Virus record (IMG/VR): IMGVR_UViG_3300042402_003181
Length of the DNA: 64,000 nucleotides
DNA from: a virus
Direction: 5' to 3' (one strand)
Position 1 is the first letter of the stretch. Every line of letters starts with the position of its first letter. The notes under the pieces were generated by a model, which saw nothing but the letters and a program-made list of their open reading frames with translations, was not told the DNA's origin and searched no databases. This document shows positions 1 to 9,831 of the stretch, in pieces. The position numbers were made by a program, and so were the translations under genes.

Positions 1-3000
1 AATTTACTGCCGTATTGTAATATAACTGGAGTTTTAACCCATTTTTGTTTAAAACCTGCAGAAACTCCGCCAATGATTGGTAATTCGCCTAGCATTGCAA
101 AGTAAGAGTTATCAAATACAGATGATGCTACATGAGTAGTAGTTACACGGTAATACTTTTTATTATATAGAACAATTTTTCCTTCAACAAAAGTTTGTAA
201 GGCACCCCACACTGCATATGCCTCTGAAATTCCACCAATGTTTACTATTGTACCTACACCAAGACCTTCGTAATATCTAAAATACGGTTGTAGTTTGCTG
301 TATCCTTTAATCTCAAAGCCGCCTTCAACCTTAGTAATAATTACACCACTATATGTTATAGTAGCAATAGGAGATGATGTGTTTAATACTACTGTATAAT
401 CTTCTTGAGGAATGAATACACTACCGACAGTAGTTGGAGATTTTGAATCTAATAATAAATTAAATTTTTCTTTACTAGTAAAGCCGCTTACTCGATAACA
501 AAGTTTAGCAGTTATTAGTTTTAAATTATGTTTATACTCGTTATACTGTTGCAACGATTCACAATTAAGATAATTAACCAAATAATTTAAAAGTCCTGCA
601 GTTTGAACTCGATCATTTCCTAAATATATGCTAGGCAATACAATGTCGCTTGGTTTAATTCGTAATCCAGTTTCAGAATATATAAGTTGCCCAGCGTTAT
701 TCCGTTTAATTCTTGATCTATCTAATAGCAAACCTATAGTTTTTGCAGGTGTTAATAATATAGCAGTTTTAATTACACTAAACGAATAATGCGAATGTCT
801 TCTCCATGCTGATTCTAACGGGGATACATCACCAAATGTAAAATCACCTTGATTTGATTGAGAAATTATACCTGTAGTAAAATTAGAAATGCGAGGATCA
901 ACTAATCGGCCGTCTGAGTCAACTGGAATATGATCTAACAAATCTGGTTTTATATGTTTGAATATATTATATGTAAATGCTGGATCTTTTACTAAACCAT
1001 TGCTTAGATCTTCCCATAAAATAAGATTATCCTTTGTGTACGGAGCTGGTCCATAAACACTTACCCACCATAACGGCTCTTCGCTAAACCCTAGCATTTC
1101 CCATGGACAAATGTGAGGACGATCAGTCCTAAGCATCCATTGATATATACCTCTCCAATATTTAGGACCAACAGTGCCATCAGCTGCAATATGATTTTTG
1201 TAATTAAAGGTAAATGGATTCTGATCATCATATGTTAACGGTGTTGAAAAATCTATACCTATATTAAGCGACCAAGAATAAAAATTAGACATTAACGCGT
1301 CGTTAAACTCTTGTAAACTATAATCAGATAATTGATAATAACAAGGAATTACATCATTTATATCAAAAATAGATTCATCGTATGCTACTTTTATATTATT
1401 ATAAATTCGTTTTTCTAATTCTAAAATTAAGTCGTCTCTATAGTCATTATATGCTAATGTTAAACTACCATCATGGCCTTGAATCATCCAGCGAGGCGTA
1501 ACTAGTGTAGTATCTAAATACATTTTTGGTTCGTATTTAGGCCACATACCTAACTTTGTAGGTGTTTCAGGAACTAAACAACCATCAGTAGTATCGTATT
1601 CAAAAATAGAAATAATGTCGCCAGTAACTAACTCAGCAGTAACAGTAACAAACCCTTGGTCACTAAACGTGTAATCTCGTCTATGTAAAAGTTGTAGGTC
1701 GTTTAAGTACACATTAACTGCTTTATTTGATAATTTAGATAAACTAAACACTGCTGATAATGAAAAAATCGTATTGCTTGAATCGGCAACTAAGAAATCA
1801 GTTCTTATTTTTGATCCAGTTGGTACCATATCACTAAAGTAATACGATGATGTTGCTGGTGTATCTTTAATAATAGTCTGTAATATTAAATCAGTATGTG
1901 GTACGGTATCTAAATCTACACCAAGTGAGTCGGCTAGATTTATAAAAATACGTTTAAATTTACAATAGTCATCTCGTGCTTGGTCAATTGCACGAATTAC
2001 GTTATGTGAGTCTGATGTTATGTGATATACTGCTAAACTAGCAGGACCACTGTGCTGAATAAACTTTGTGCCAAATTTTGATACACTTCCTAAATCTCTT
2101 AAATTACCAACTCCTGGAAAATCTCCAAGAAACTCAGTAGTAGCACGTAAATTATCAACAATACTTTCAACATGATCAATCACTTCACCTAATGTAAATT
2201 CAGTAAGCTCGCCATTTAATGGGTTGTTCTGTATGTTATTAGGAAATTCATAATACCCATTTGAATTTATTGTAGTATTAGCATACACTTTAAACATTAT
2301 CGTATCAGTTACTTTAACATCGTTGCTAAAAATAATCCGATAATACGGAAGTATTGCATCTTCTGTTCCAATTGTTTGTATCCAATTGTTAACAACAACG
2401 CCGTCTACATATGTTTGCTGAGGCACGCACACGCCATTTACATATACCCGCACTTGAATAAATGCAGGTGCTACATCAAAAATGTCTATATCAAAATTAT
2501 TAGTTTTATTTGAATTTCGATATAACCGAATTGCTGCTTGTGGTGGACCTACATAAGTTTCCCATCCATTTACAAATCCATTATAGCTGCTGTATAAAAA
2601 ACCGGTGTTTATTTGTTTACTAACTGTAGTTCCGTTATATTCATATTGAAATGTGTCCGATAATAATGTAAAATTAAATACAATATCACCAATGTTATTA
2701 ATATTTTTATGCGATAACGAAAACCCTAAATTGTTATCAACAGTACCGTTACCTACTTTATAAGAAAAGATTGAAGTTCCTTTAAACGTAGTTCCAGGAT
2801 ATGTACTAGTGTCGCCAAAACTTATTAAATCTTCGTTGTATGCATCAAATAATGGTAACTGATTTAGCTCTGTCTTTTGTTGGCAAGTAACCCAGCTAAT
2901 TCCATTAAACCAATACATAGAACCTTGCGCCAATCTTCCTTCTTTTACTAGAACTACTTGATCATATTCTGGATATGATTCTAATACTAATCGAATTTGC

Positions 3001-4556
3001 GCACTTGTTGAACCTAACTTAACCTCATGTTTAACATCAATAAACTCAACACGATAAATGTTGTTTGCTACTAACGAATCAGTATCGGCTGTAAATATAA
3101 CACGCTGACCGTTAGTTAAGGTAACACCATCAATGCTATATCCTAATGATCCTTCTATTGTTGAAAATGCATCAACAGTAAACTGATCAATAACTGACAC
3201 ATCAGTAATTGCATTACTTCCAAAATTAAATAATTTTAAATTTTTCTCAAATTCAATGATTGGTCTAACTGCTCGCATTGATTGGTCAAACGATGCATGT
3301 ATACCATTAAGTGTTGCACTCTGTTCAATAACAGCTTTGTGTATCCATCTATTATTTCTACTCCAACCGTTTTTATCGTTACTTCCTCGATTAATAACAA
3401 TGTAATCAGGTTTACCGGAATACGATACTGCATCACTAAAAGGAGTTGTGTCAAACTTAGATGTGTCAAATAATATCGATTCAGATGTAGTATACGGAGT
3501 AATAATTTCTAACTGAGATTCATTAATTAATTGAATTGACTCGCCAACTCCTTCAACATAATACCGTCCAGTTTTGTACTCAGCAGGGTAAATATTTCCA
3601 ACAAACCGAACTTTCATTCCGTTACTTAATAAACTATTAGAGCCAAATTGATACGTTAGTTTACCTATAATATCAGCATCAACATTAAGTTCTCCACTTA
3701 TTGCAGGATCTAAAATAATAAATAATCCACCAAAATTTACATCACTTTCACTAACATAAAATAATTCAGATGGTGCATTGTCCGGAACAGTGAATTCAAT
3801 AATACCATTTTCAGTTGCATTGTTTAATAATGTAGGAGTGATATATCGATTTATTTCCCCTGCATCGCGGTCAGTTTTAATACTAAATGGATGTCCAGTG
3901 CTATCAATTTTAAAATAATAAGTATAACCTTTGTATAATGTAATAGTTGGGTTTTGTAAAGTAGTGTTTGCCGAAAATAGATAAGATTCAGAATTTATCG
4001 ATACACTGTATGTACTAATAACATCGTATTGCAGTGCAGTACTAATAGTAACTGTGTCTGCGCCATTTGGCATCCAGTAATAATTTTGAAAATTAACAAA
4101 CTTATCCCAATCAATGTGCGGATTCCAACTATAAAATTCTTCTTTATTTACGCGAGAATGATTTGATGCATTATCATTTCCGTTTTTATCAAATGACACG
4201 TTTGCGCCAAAAACTCGCAACTGGTTTATGTAATCTTGATAGTCTTTTAAAAATATATTGTTACCTAAGTCGTTCTCAATTACAAACCCAGGTTCTAATT
4301 GATAATTTTGACGTAATCTAGTAGGTGCATTTACAAACACATCATCTGACGTTGTTGCTTTTGAATTCATTCGACCAATGTAACCGCTAACTTTGTTAAC
4401 AGAACCTGATTGTGTAAGTTGAGTTAATGTTGATTTAAAAAACTTTTTATTAGCATCTGTTTTATAAAATGCAGGTAACAAACTAGCAACATTTGCGCGA
4501 TCGCTGTCGTTGATAGCGTTTGATCTAGGTATAAAATTGTTTTTGTTGTCAGCCAT
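1..4556 (-). CDS. Very large baseplate-associated structural protein (partial, >1518 aa, runs off the left edge; possibly gp7-like wedge)
   Basis: Not in the ORF track because it has no stop inside the window. Its ATG (4556-4554) overlaps the TAA of the upstream gp6-like gene (TAATG). It reads MADNKNNFIPRSNAINDSDRANVASLLPAFYKTDANKKFL..., and the frame is still open at the window edge (AGFKQKWVKTPVILQYGSK). I checked the frame at both ends only. It is the last visible gene of the baseplate operon. Confidence 0.8.
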   Translation of the reverse strand, partial: MADNKNNFIPRSNAINDSDRANVASLLPAFYKTDANKKFFKSTLTQLTQSGSVNKVSGYIGRMNSKATTSDDVFVNAPTRLRQNYQLEPGFVIENDLGNNIFLKDYQDYINQLRVFGANVSFDKNGNDNASNHSRVNKEEFYSWNPHIDWDKFVNFQNYYWMPNGADTVTISTALQYDVISTYSVSINSESYLFSANTTLQNPTITLYKGYTYYFKIDSTGHPFSIKTDRDAGEINRYITPTLLNNATENGIIEFTVPDNAPSELFYVSESDVNFGGLFIILDPAISGELNVDADIIGKLTYQFGSNSLLSNGMKVRFVGNIYPAEYKTGRYYVEGVGESIQLINESQLEIITPYTTSESILFDTSKFDTTPFSDAVSYSGKPDYIVINRGSNDKNGWSRNNRWIHKAVIEQSATLNGIHASFDQSMRAVRPIIEFEKNLKLFNFGSNAITDVSVIDQFTVDAFSTIEGSLGYSIDGVTLTNGQRVIFTADTDSLVANNIYRVEFIDVKHEVKLGSTSAQIRLVLESYPEYDQVVLVKEGRLAQGSMYWFNGISWVTCQQKTELNQLPLFDAYNEDLISFGDTSTYPGTTFKGTSIFSYKVGNGTVDNNLGFSLSHKNINNIGDIVFNFTLLSDTFQYEYNGTTVSKQINTGFLYSSYNGFVNGWETYVGPPQAAIRLYRNSNKTNNFDIDIFDVAPAFIQVRVYVNGVCVPQQTYVDGVVVNNWIQTIGTEDAILPYYRIIFSNDVKVTDTIMFKVYANTTINSNGYYEFPNNIQNNPLNGELTEFTLGEVIDHVESIVDNLRATTEFLGDFPGVGNLRDLGSVSKFGTKFIQHSGPASLAVYHITSDSHNVIRAIDQARDDYCKFKRIFINLADSLGVDLDTVPHTDLILQTIIKDTPATSSYYFSDMVPTGSKIRTDFLVADSSNTIFSLSAVFSLSKLSNKAVNVYLNDLQLLHRRDYTFSDQGFVTVTAELVTGDIISIFEYDTTDGCLVPETPTKLGMWPKYEPKMYLDTTLVTPRWMIQGHDGSLTLAYNDYRDDLILELEKRIYNNIKVAYDESIFDINDVIPCYYQLSDYSLQEFNDALMSNFYSWSLNIGIDFSTPLTYDDQNPFTFNYKNHIAADGTVGPKYWRGIYQWMLRTDRPHICPWEMLGFSEEPLWWVSVYGPAPYTKDNLILWEDLSNGLVKDPAFTYNIFKHIKPDLLDHIPVDSDGRLVDPRISNFTTGIISQSNQGDFTFGDVSPLESAWRRHSHYSFSVIKTAILLTPAKTIGLLLDRSRIKRNNAGQLIYSETGLRIKPSDIVLPSIYLGNDRVQTAGLLNYLVNYLNCESLQQYNEYKHNLKLITAKLCYRVSGFTSKEKFNLLLDSKSPTTVGSVFIPQEDYTVVLNTSSPIATITYSGVIITKVEGGFEIKGYSKLQPYFRYYEGLGVGTIVNIGGISEAYAVWGALQTFVEGKIVLYNKKYYRVTTTHVASSVFDNSYFAMLGELPIIGGVSAGFKQKWVKTPVILQYGSK

Positions 4557-7500
4557 TAGATACTCCCATATGATGAACTTGTTATTAATTGTGTGTTTGA
4601 GGTGTTGTTATTTGCAATTACATTTGACGATTTAATATTACTTGAAGTTAACCCTGATACTACTTCAATATCAGTTACAGTTGCACTGCTTAACAAAATT
4701 TGGTTGCTTACCGCTTTTATTTCAAATAATCCTCCAAAATTAAGCTCTGAATGTTTTGGAACAATTACAAAATTAGAAATATACGGTGATGCTTGAGTAC
4801 AAACATATGCTGATAACTCAGTAAAATAAAATGTATCACCAAAATCCCAATTATCTAATGCAAAAAATGTGTTTATTGCAACGATAACTTTTGACTTAAT
4901 GTCGTTGTCTGAAATAACTTGTCCTGGTGTTTTTGTAATTTTAAAAGTTGCTTGCACTTCTGGTGCAGCTGATGAACCAAATAAGATTTTGTAATTAACT
5001 GGATGATACACTACTTCATCTGATATAGACTTAATTAAATTTAACGAAGGCGCAATTGTATTATAAAGTTCGTCTGAACCCGGCGGGAGCGGTTTAGTAG
5101 ATATTGATCCGTTTATCCATTGGCGCATTTCAATGTCATAACCTTTTGTTAACACATATACATCGATAAAATTACTTGCACTTGGGTCAATTCTTGAATT
5201 GTAACTAGCATTATGGGTATATTGGAATTTGATTTTATCGCGACCATTATATACTTTGTAATCTAGTGACGGCTCTAATACTGACGCATCTGAGCATTTC
5301 AACACAATACCTGCATCTTTAACATAGTAATATTTCCCCGGTACAGGACTTATTTCAAATACATTATTACAAATTAATACAATTGCATTATTGTTATCTA
5401 CATATCGATAATCTTCTTGACCTTGCGAAATTAAATATCGTTCTTGAACAACATAAGTGTCTGGAGAGACAACCTGTTCGAATAACTCCGGATCATCAAC
5501 AACTCCGTTGTTATCAGAATCAGCAAACGTTATTACAATTTTTTTGTTATCTATATACCCGTCTAATCCATTATACTCTGAAACAATATCCCATTTAAGA
5601 TCATTCTTAAATGACGCAAAATTATCATATGGTAATGTGTTAATGTTTAAAATATTAATCTTATCCTGTACTACTGAGCTAGACACGCTATTATACACAG
5701 TTTCACTGCTATCAAAATAAAATCGAATTTCTTTATCACTTTCAAAAATATAGCGAAGCTCTCGGTTTTCAATTGTATAATATTCGTTATCAGTAGTAAA
5801 TGATATCATCCAACTAGAGTCTAAGTGTTTGTTTGTGTTATTTTTTTGTGAATTTAAATCAAACGTAGAAGTTAAGTTTAAATTTGATTCGTATACAATT
5901 ATCCAAGATTGGGTAGCCGCATCATAAGATAATCCAAATGATTTATTTTCAAAAATTAAATCAATCATAGTAGTAATAACACTTGATTCTAAGCTAGTTC
6001 TCCATCTAGGTATTACTTGTATAATAACGGAACCTGCTGGTAATGCAACACTACTGGTTATTTGATTTCCTACAACTTTTACAATAGTTGCCCATAATGT
6101 ATTAATACCATCAATAGATATCTTAATTAATGTACCAACTGTCATATATGCCAATTTATCAGCAGCAACATTAACGGTAGAAGTATCACCTGCAGTAGAC
6201 CATAATTCATTCCATGATAAATTTGTTGCATACGCATAATTCATATAATAAAAATTACGTATCCCTGCTTTTTTAAGAATAGTGCTTAATGTATTATATA
6301 TTATACCTTGTATATCAGTTTTATTAGTATACGAAAACTTAACAGACGATTTAAACACATCTTTATATATTACACCGTCTGTAGCAAATAAATTAGTTGA
6401 ACTAAACTTTCCAGTTGGATCAACTAAATCAAAATATCTACTAATTCCACTTGATGCACGGTTTATTGCTTTAACTTTTAATACTTGTTGGCTAGCACTT
6501 AACGGGCAAATGTTATAATCTTCACCTGTAATCATTCTGTTTTGTGTATAAAACGTAGCTGGCGCATTTGCTTTAATACTTGCATTAGATTCAGTTGATT
6601 CTGCATTTGAAACCGACGATGCAAGAGACATGTTTAACGTTAATGTTTCCGATTTTCCGGTATTAGAAAGATACGGCACCGATAACGACACATTTCTAAT
6701 GTCGCGAGGATGAATAGTGTACGAAACACCATTGCTAGTTCTATAATAAACTTTAAATGTTCCTAACGGTTTGTTTCCAAACGTGCCATCACTAAACGAC
6801 AAGCTTACTGCATCATTTGCACGAGTTATAACACTAAAAATATTCTTAATACTTTTGTTAACACTATTGTAAATTATGTTATTACCTTCAACACTAGGAA
6901 CTTTAGTCCACAAATTTTCATCTAATTCAGCACCGTTTTTATCTAACTGATATAACCATACATCAGTTTCATTTATATTAGTTGTGCCAACGTCGATAAT
7001 TTCATTGCTTCTTGGTTGATCAACTGTAAATTGACTAGATGCTAATGTACCCTGTGTAAAGTTTAAAAAGAACCCTGATCCTGCACTGCCGTATCCTCTT
7101 CCATCATTCCTAAAAATACAAGAAAGCTGATTGTTGTCTTTTGGAGTTTCTTCGTAAATAAAATCCTTACCAGAGAATGTAGTACTAGTTACTTCAAACG
7201 TCATCATTTTACCAGCTACTGTTTTAGTAAACGAGTAAACAGGCACGCCTGTTGAATTTGAACTTAATCTATATCGTTCAGTTGGAATTCCGTAAATTGT
7301 AGCTTTATCTGATGGGTTGCCAAATTGTTGTGTAGGCTGCATTGCTGCATTCATAATTTTAATAAATTGGTCATACCAACTATCATTAGATGAATCGTTC
7401 CACGACACTACTTGTCCTGATAAGTTTCGACCATTACCATCAAGAATGTTTTCTGAAGTTTGTACTGAAGTTACTTTCATTAATCCTGATGCAGCAGTTG

Positions 7501-7831
7501 TGCGTTTGGCGTTGTAACTAATCAATCTTGATAATCGCAAAACACTTTCTCTGCGTTCTGCTAATTCTAAGAAATTCTCCCTAGCGTTTAAATCTACTCG
7601 AAATGCTACACTTTGTCCTAAGAATGCAATTACATCAAGTAATGCTAAGTATTCCGAACTTTCAATATAATCATTAAAGTCTTCTGGATAATTTTGGCGA
7701 ATATAATCAACCATTACACGACGTAAATTTTCAAAATCGTAACTTTGAAAATCTGCGTTTCTAAAAGATTGATAAATTTTCTTCCAATCTTCCGTTACTA
7801 GTAATCTATTTTGTCTGTCAGTTGCACTCAT
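4556..7831 (-). CDS. gp6: Baseplate wedge subunit, T4 gp6-like
   Basis: 1091 aa. The N-terminus DFQSYDFENLRRVMVDYIRQNYPEDFNDYIESSEYLALLDVIAF and the motif QNRMITGEDY match gp6/baseplate-J-type proteins. It follows gp25, with SD AGGA and a late promoter upstream. Confidence 0.8.
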   Translation of the reverse strand: MSATDRQNRLLVTEDWKKIYQSFRNADFQSYDFENLRRVMVDYIRQNYPEDFNDYIESSEYLALLDVIAFLGQSVAFRVDLNARENFLELAERRESVLRLSRLISYNAKRTTAASGLMKVTSVQTSENILDGNGRNLSGQVVSWNDSSNDSWYDQFIKIMNAAMQPTQQFGNPSDKATIYGIPTERYRLSSNSTGVPVYSFTKTVAGKMMTFEVTSTTFSGKDFIYEETPKDNNQLSCIFRNDGRGYGSAGSGFFLNFTQGTLASSQFTVDQPRSNEIIDVGTTNINETDVWLYQLDKNGAELDENLWTKVPSVEGNNIIYNSVNKSIKNIFSVITRANDAVSLSFSDGTFGNKPLGTFKVYYRTSNGVSYTIHPRDIRNVSLSVPYLSNTGKSETLTLNMSLASSVSNAESTESNASIKANAPATFYTQNRMITGEDYNICPLSASQQVLKVKAINRASSGISRYFDLVDPTGKFSSTNLFATDGVIYKDVFKSSVKFSYTNKTDIQGIIYNTLSTILKKAGIRNFYYMNYAYATNLSWNELWSTAGDTSTVNVAADKLAYMTVGTLIKISIDGINTLWATIVKVVGNQITSSVALPAGSVIIQVIPRWRTSLESSVITTMIDLIFENKSFGLSYDAATQSWIIVYESNLNLTSTFDLNSQKNNTNKHLDSSWMISFTTDNEYYTIENRELRYIFESDKEIRFYFDSSETVYNSVSSSVVQDKINILNINTLPYDNFASFKNDLKWDIVSEYNGLDGYIDNKKIVITFADSDNNGVVDDPELFEQVVSPDTYVVQERYLISQGQEDYRYVDNNNAIVLICNNVFEISPVPGKYYYVKDAGIVLKCSDASVLEPSLDYKVYNGRDKIKFQYTHNASYNSRIDPSASNFIDVYVLTKGYDIEMRQWINGSISTKPLPPGSDELYNTIAPSLNLIKSISDEVVYHPVNYKILFGSSAAPEVQATFKITKTPGQVISDNDIKSKVIVAINTFFALDNWDFGDTFYFTELSAYVCTQASPYISNFVIVPKHSELNFGGLFEIKAVSNQILLSSATVTDIEVVSGLTSSNIKSSNVIANNNTSNTQLITSSSYGSI

Positions 7832-7881
7832 GTTGTTGTCCTAATAAAGGTATTTATTGAAAATTTTAACCGCGCAGTTTA

Positions 7882-8319
7882 TTACGCTATTAAGCCATTT
7901 GTTTGGTCAAATCGCAGACTAATTTGTTCTGTAAGGTTATATGGAGTGTATGTTAGAGAGAACACAATAGATATACCGCTTTCATATGTTGAGATATTTG
8001 TATCTGATACTTGTACTCTAGGATCATAGTTAATAATTGCTTCTACATCCTGTTTAATCATCCCTTTAATATCTTCAGTTAATGGCTCAAATAGCAAGTC
8101 CCATATAATAGTACCAAATCGAGGAAGCATTACTCGCTCACCTTGGCGTACATGAAAATGATTTAAAATATCCTGCTTAATAAGTTCAAAATCATACAAA
8201 CTGAAATGCTCAGTTTTATTACTTACAGTACTAAATCCTTTATAAGTTTTTGGTTTAACTATGTCATTCTGTTTTTTTAAAACTGCAGGAATTTTTATTC
8301 TTGTATATAAGTCTGTCAT
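7882..8319 (-). CDS. gp25: Baseplate wedge/sheath initiator, gp25-like
   Basis: 145 aa with LIKQDILNHFHVRQGERVMLPRFGTIIWDLLFEP...INYDPRV, the typical GPW/gp25 signature. Confidence 0.9.
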   Translation of the reverse strand: MTDLYTRIKIPAVLKKQNDIVKPKTYKGFSTVSNKTEHFSLYDFELIKQDILNHFHVRQGERVMLPRFGTIIWDLLFEPLTEDIKGMIKQDVEAIINYDPRVQVSDTNISTYESGISIVFSLTYTPYNLTEQISLRFDQTNGLIA

Positions 8320-9824
8320 TGGTCTTTTTCCGGTGGTTTAATTTTTTCAAACGTGTCTGTATCTATTGTGTATTTGGTCCATGCTTCTGGTGGTGTTTTC
8401 ATTTCTTCATTAGTACCTTCAGTCCTGCCTTTACCATCTCGATTAGTTACCGGTGATTTAAACTTTTCTGGATCTAAATTTTCATGCTGCGGATATGGTT
8501 CATGTGTCGGTACACGCATCATTATTGAATTTAGTGTTTTATCTTTTACGTCAGTCGGTAATACATGTATCTTTAATGGTTTTGCTGCTACTGACGTTGC
8601 TTTTCCTGAATTTAAATGTATCTGACCGCCATCTATAGCAGTATTCGCTGCCTTAACACCAAAATCGCCAGTAATTGCATAATCAAACTTTCCACCAATA
8701 GTAATGTTGCCATCTTTAGTTGCTTTGATTGTAAAATTTTCACCAGTTTCAATATGCATTTCTTTTAATGCTTTAAAATTTATGTTACTATCTGCTTGAA
8801 AATTTATATCTCGACCGGCATGGAAATTAAAATCAGTTTCTGTATGAAAACTAATACTATCCTTAGCATACACATCAATCTTTCCGTTAGCTGTCATTTC
8901 AATCCAAGAATTACCACTACCGTGTGAGATGTAAATTAAATCTTCACTGTTATGTAACAGTATTTGATGTCCAGTGCGTGTTCTAATACGGATTAACTCA
9001 TTATGCGGGGTACTATAATCTTTTGCTGATTCGCCTTGTTCAATTGCAATATATTTAGGCGCGGCATCTTTTGCAGGTTTTTCCCTAACATACTTGTCGT
9101 CACCATCATCCATTACAAATGTAGATCCGCCATGTCTTGTTACATAAGCGTTTTTTATAGGATGATCTTGTTTACCAATCGTACCTTGCTTTCCACTTTT
9201 GTTAAGGGGTCCAGGAGTTGAAATACCAAATACCATACTTGGTGTTTCACGGCGTGAGCTGCTAGTTGTAATACCACGGATGTCATCTTTAATTAAGCCA
9301 CCGCCCTCTGTGCCTTGTTCTAAGACTGTTGCAAATGGATGTTTTGGTTTTTTAAATTTAGTAGAATCAGTTCCTGTATTCTTACTAGTCTTATTATATT
9401 CAGTAACCGGCAATCTAGATTTGTCATCAGCTGTATTAAATTTTGTAGCTGCTATGCCTGGAACCATAAAATTCATATGATCATCTTGTACGCAACCAAT
9501 CCAATATGCACGTTTTACATCACCATTTATAAAAAATACAATAACGGTTGACCCAGGATCAGGTGGAACCATCCACATACCGTAACTTTGTCTTTCATCT
9601 TCTTCAGGATTATTGCTTTTTGGAGTAATCCCGTAAAACGGTGACATATATTTTGCCGGAATTACTTGCCCTGCTACTGGTTCGCTACCTGATATTCTTA
9701 GAATTTCAACTTCTATGCCGCCCATATAAATTGCGTCTAGATGTCCAACTACTTTTGCCAAAAACGGACCAGGTGTGGCATTAGGCTGCCCAATCGGCGA
9801 TGACATTTCATTTCTTGTACCCAT
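8316..9824 (-). CDS. gp5: Baseplate central spike, gp5/VgrG-like (no lysozyme domain evident)
   Basis: 502 aa. N-terminal OB-fold-like segment (GPFLAKVVGHLD...YGMWMVPPDPGSTVIVFFING...YWIGC) and C-terminal beta-helix repeats (RTRTGHQILLHNSEDLIYISHGSGNSWIEMTANGKIDVY). Confidence 0.75.
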   Translation of the reverse strand: MGTRNEMSSPIGQPNATPGPFLAKVVGHLDAIYMGGIEVEILRISGSEPVAGQVIPAKYMSPFYGITPKSNNPEEDERQSYGMWMVPPDPGSTVIVFFINGDVKRAYWIGCVQDDHMNFMVPGIAATKFNTADDKSRLPVTEYNKTSKNTGTDSTKFKKPKHPFATVLEQGTEGGGLIKDDIRGITTSSSRRETPSMVFGISTPGPLNKSGKQGTIGKQDHPIKNAYVTRHGGSTFVMDDGDDKYVREKPAKDAAPKYIAIEQGESAKDYSTPHNELIRIRTRTGHQILLHNSEDLIYISHGSGNSWIEMTANGKIDVYAKDSISFHTETDFNFHAGRDINFQADSNINFKALKEMHIETGENFTIKATKDGNITIGGKFDYAITGDFGVKAANTAIDGGQIHLNSGKATSVAAKPLKIHVLPTDVKDKTLNSIMMRVPTHEPYPQHENLDPEKFKSPVTNRDGKGRTEGTNEEMKTPPEAWTKYTIDTDTFEKIKPPEKDQ

Positions 9825-9831
9825 ATTATTC

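Noticed and set aside
8316-9824. Lysozyme domain in the gp5-like spike
   Set aside because: No T4-lysozyme or other muramidase motif is visible between the OB-fold and the beta-helix.
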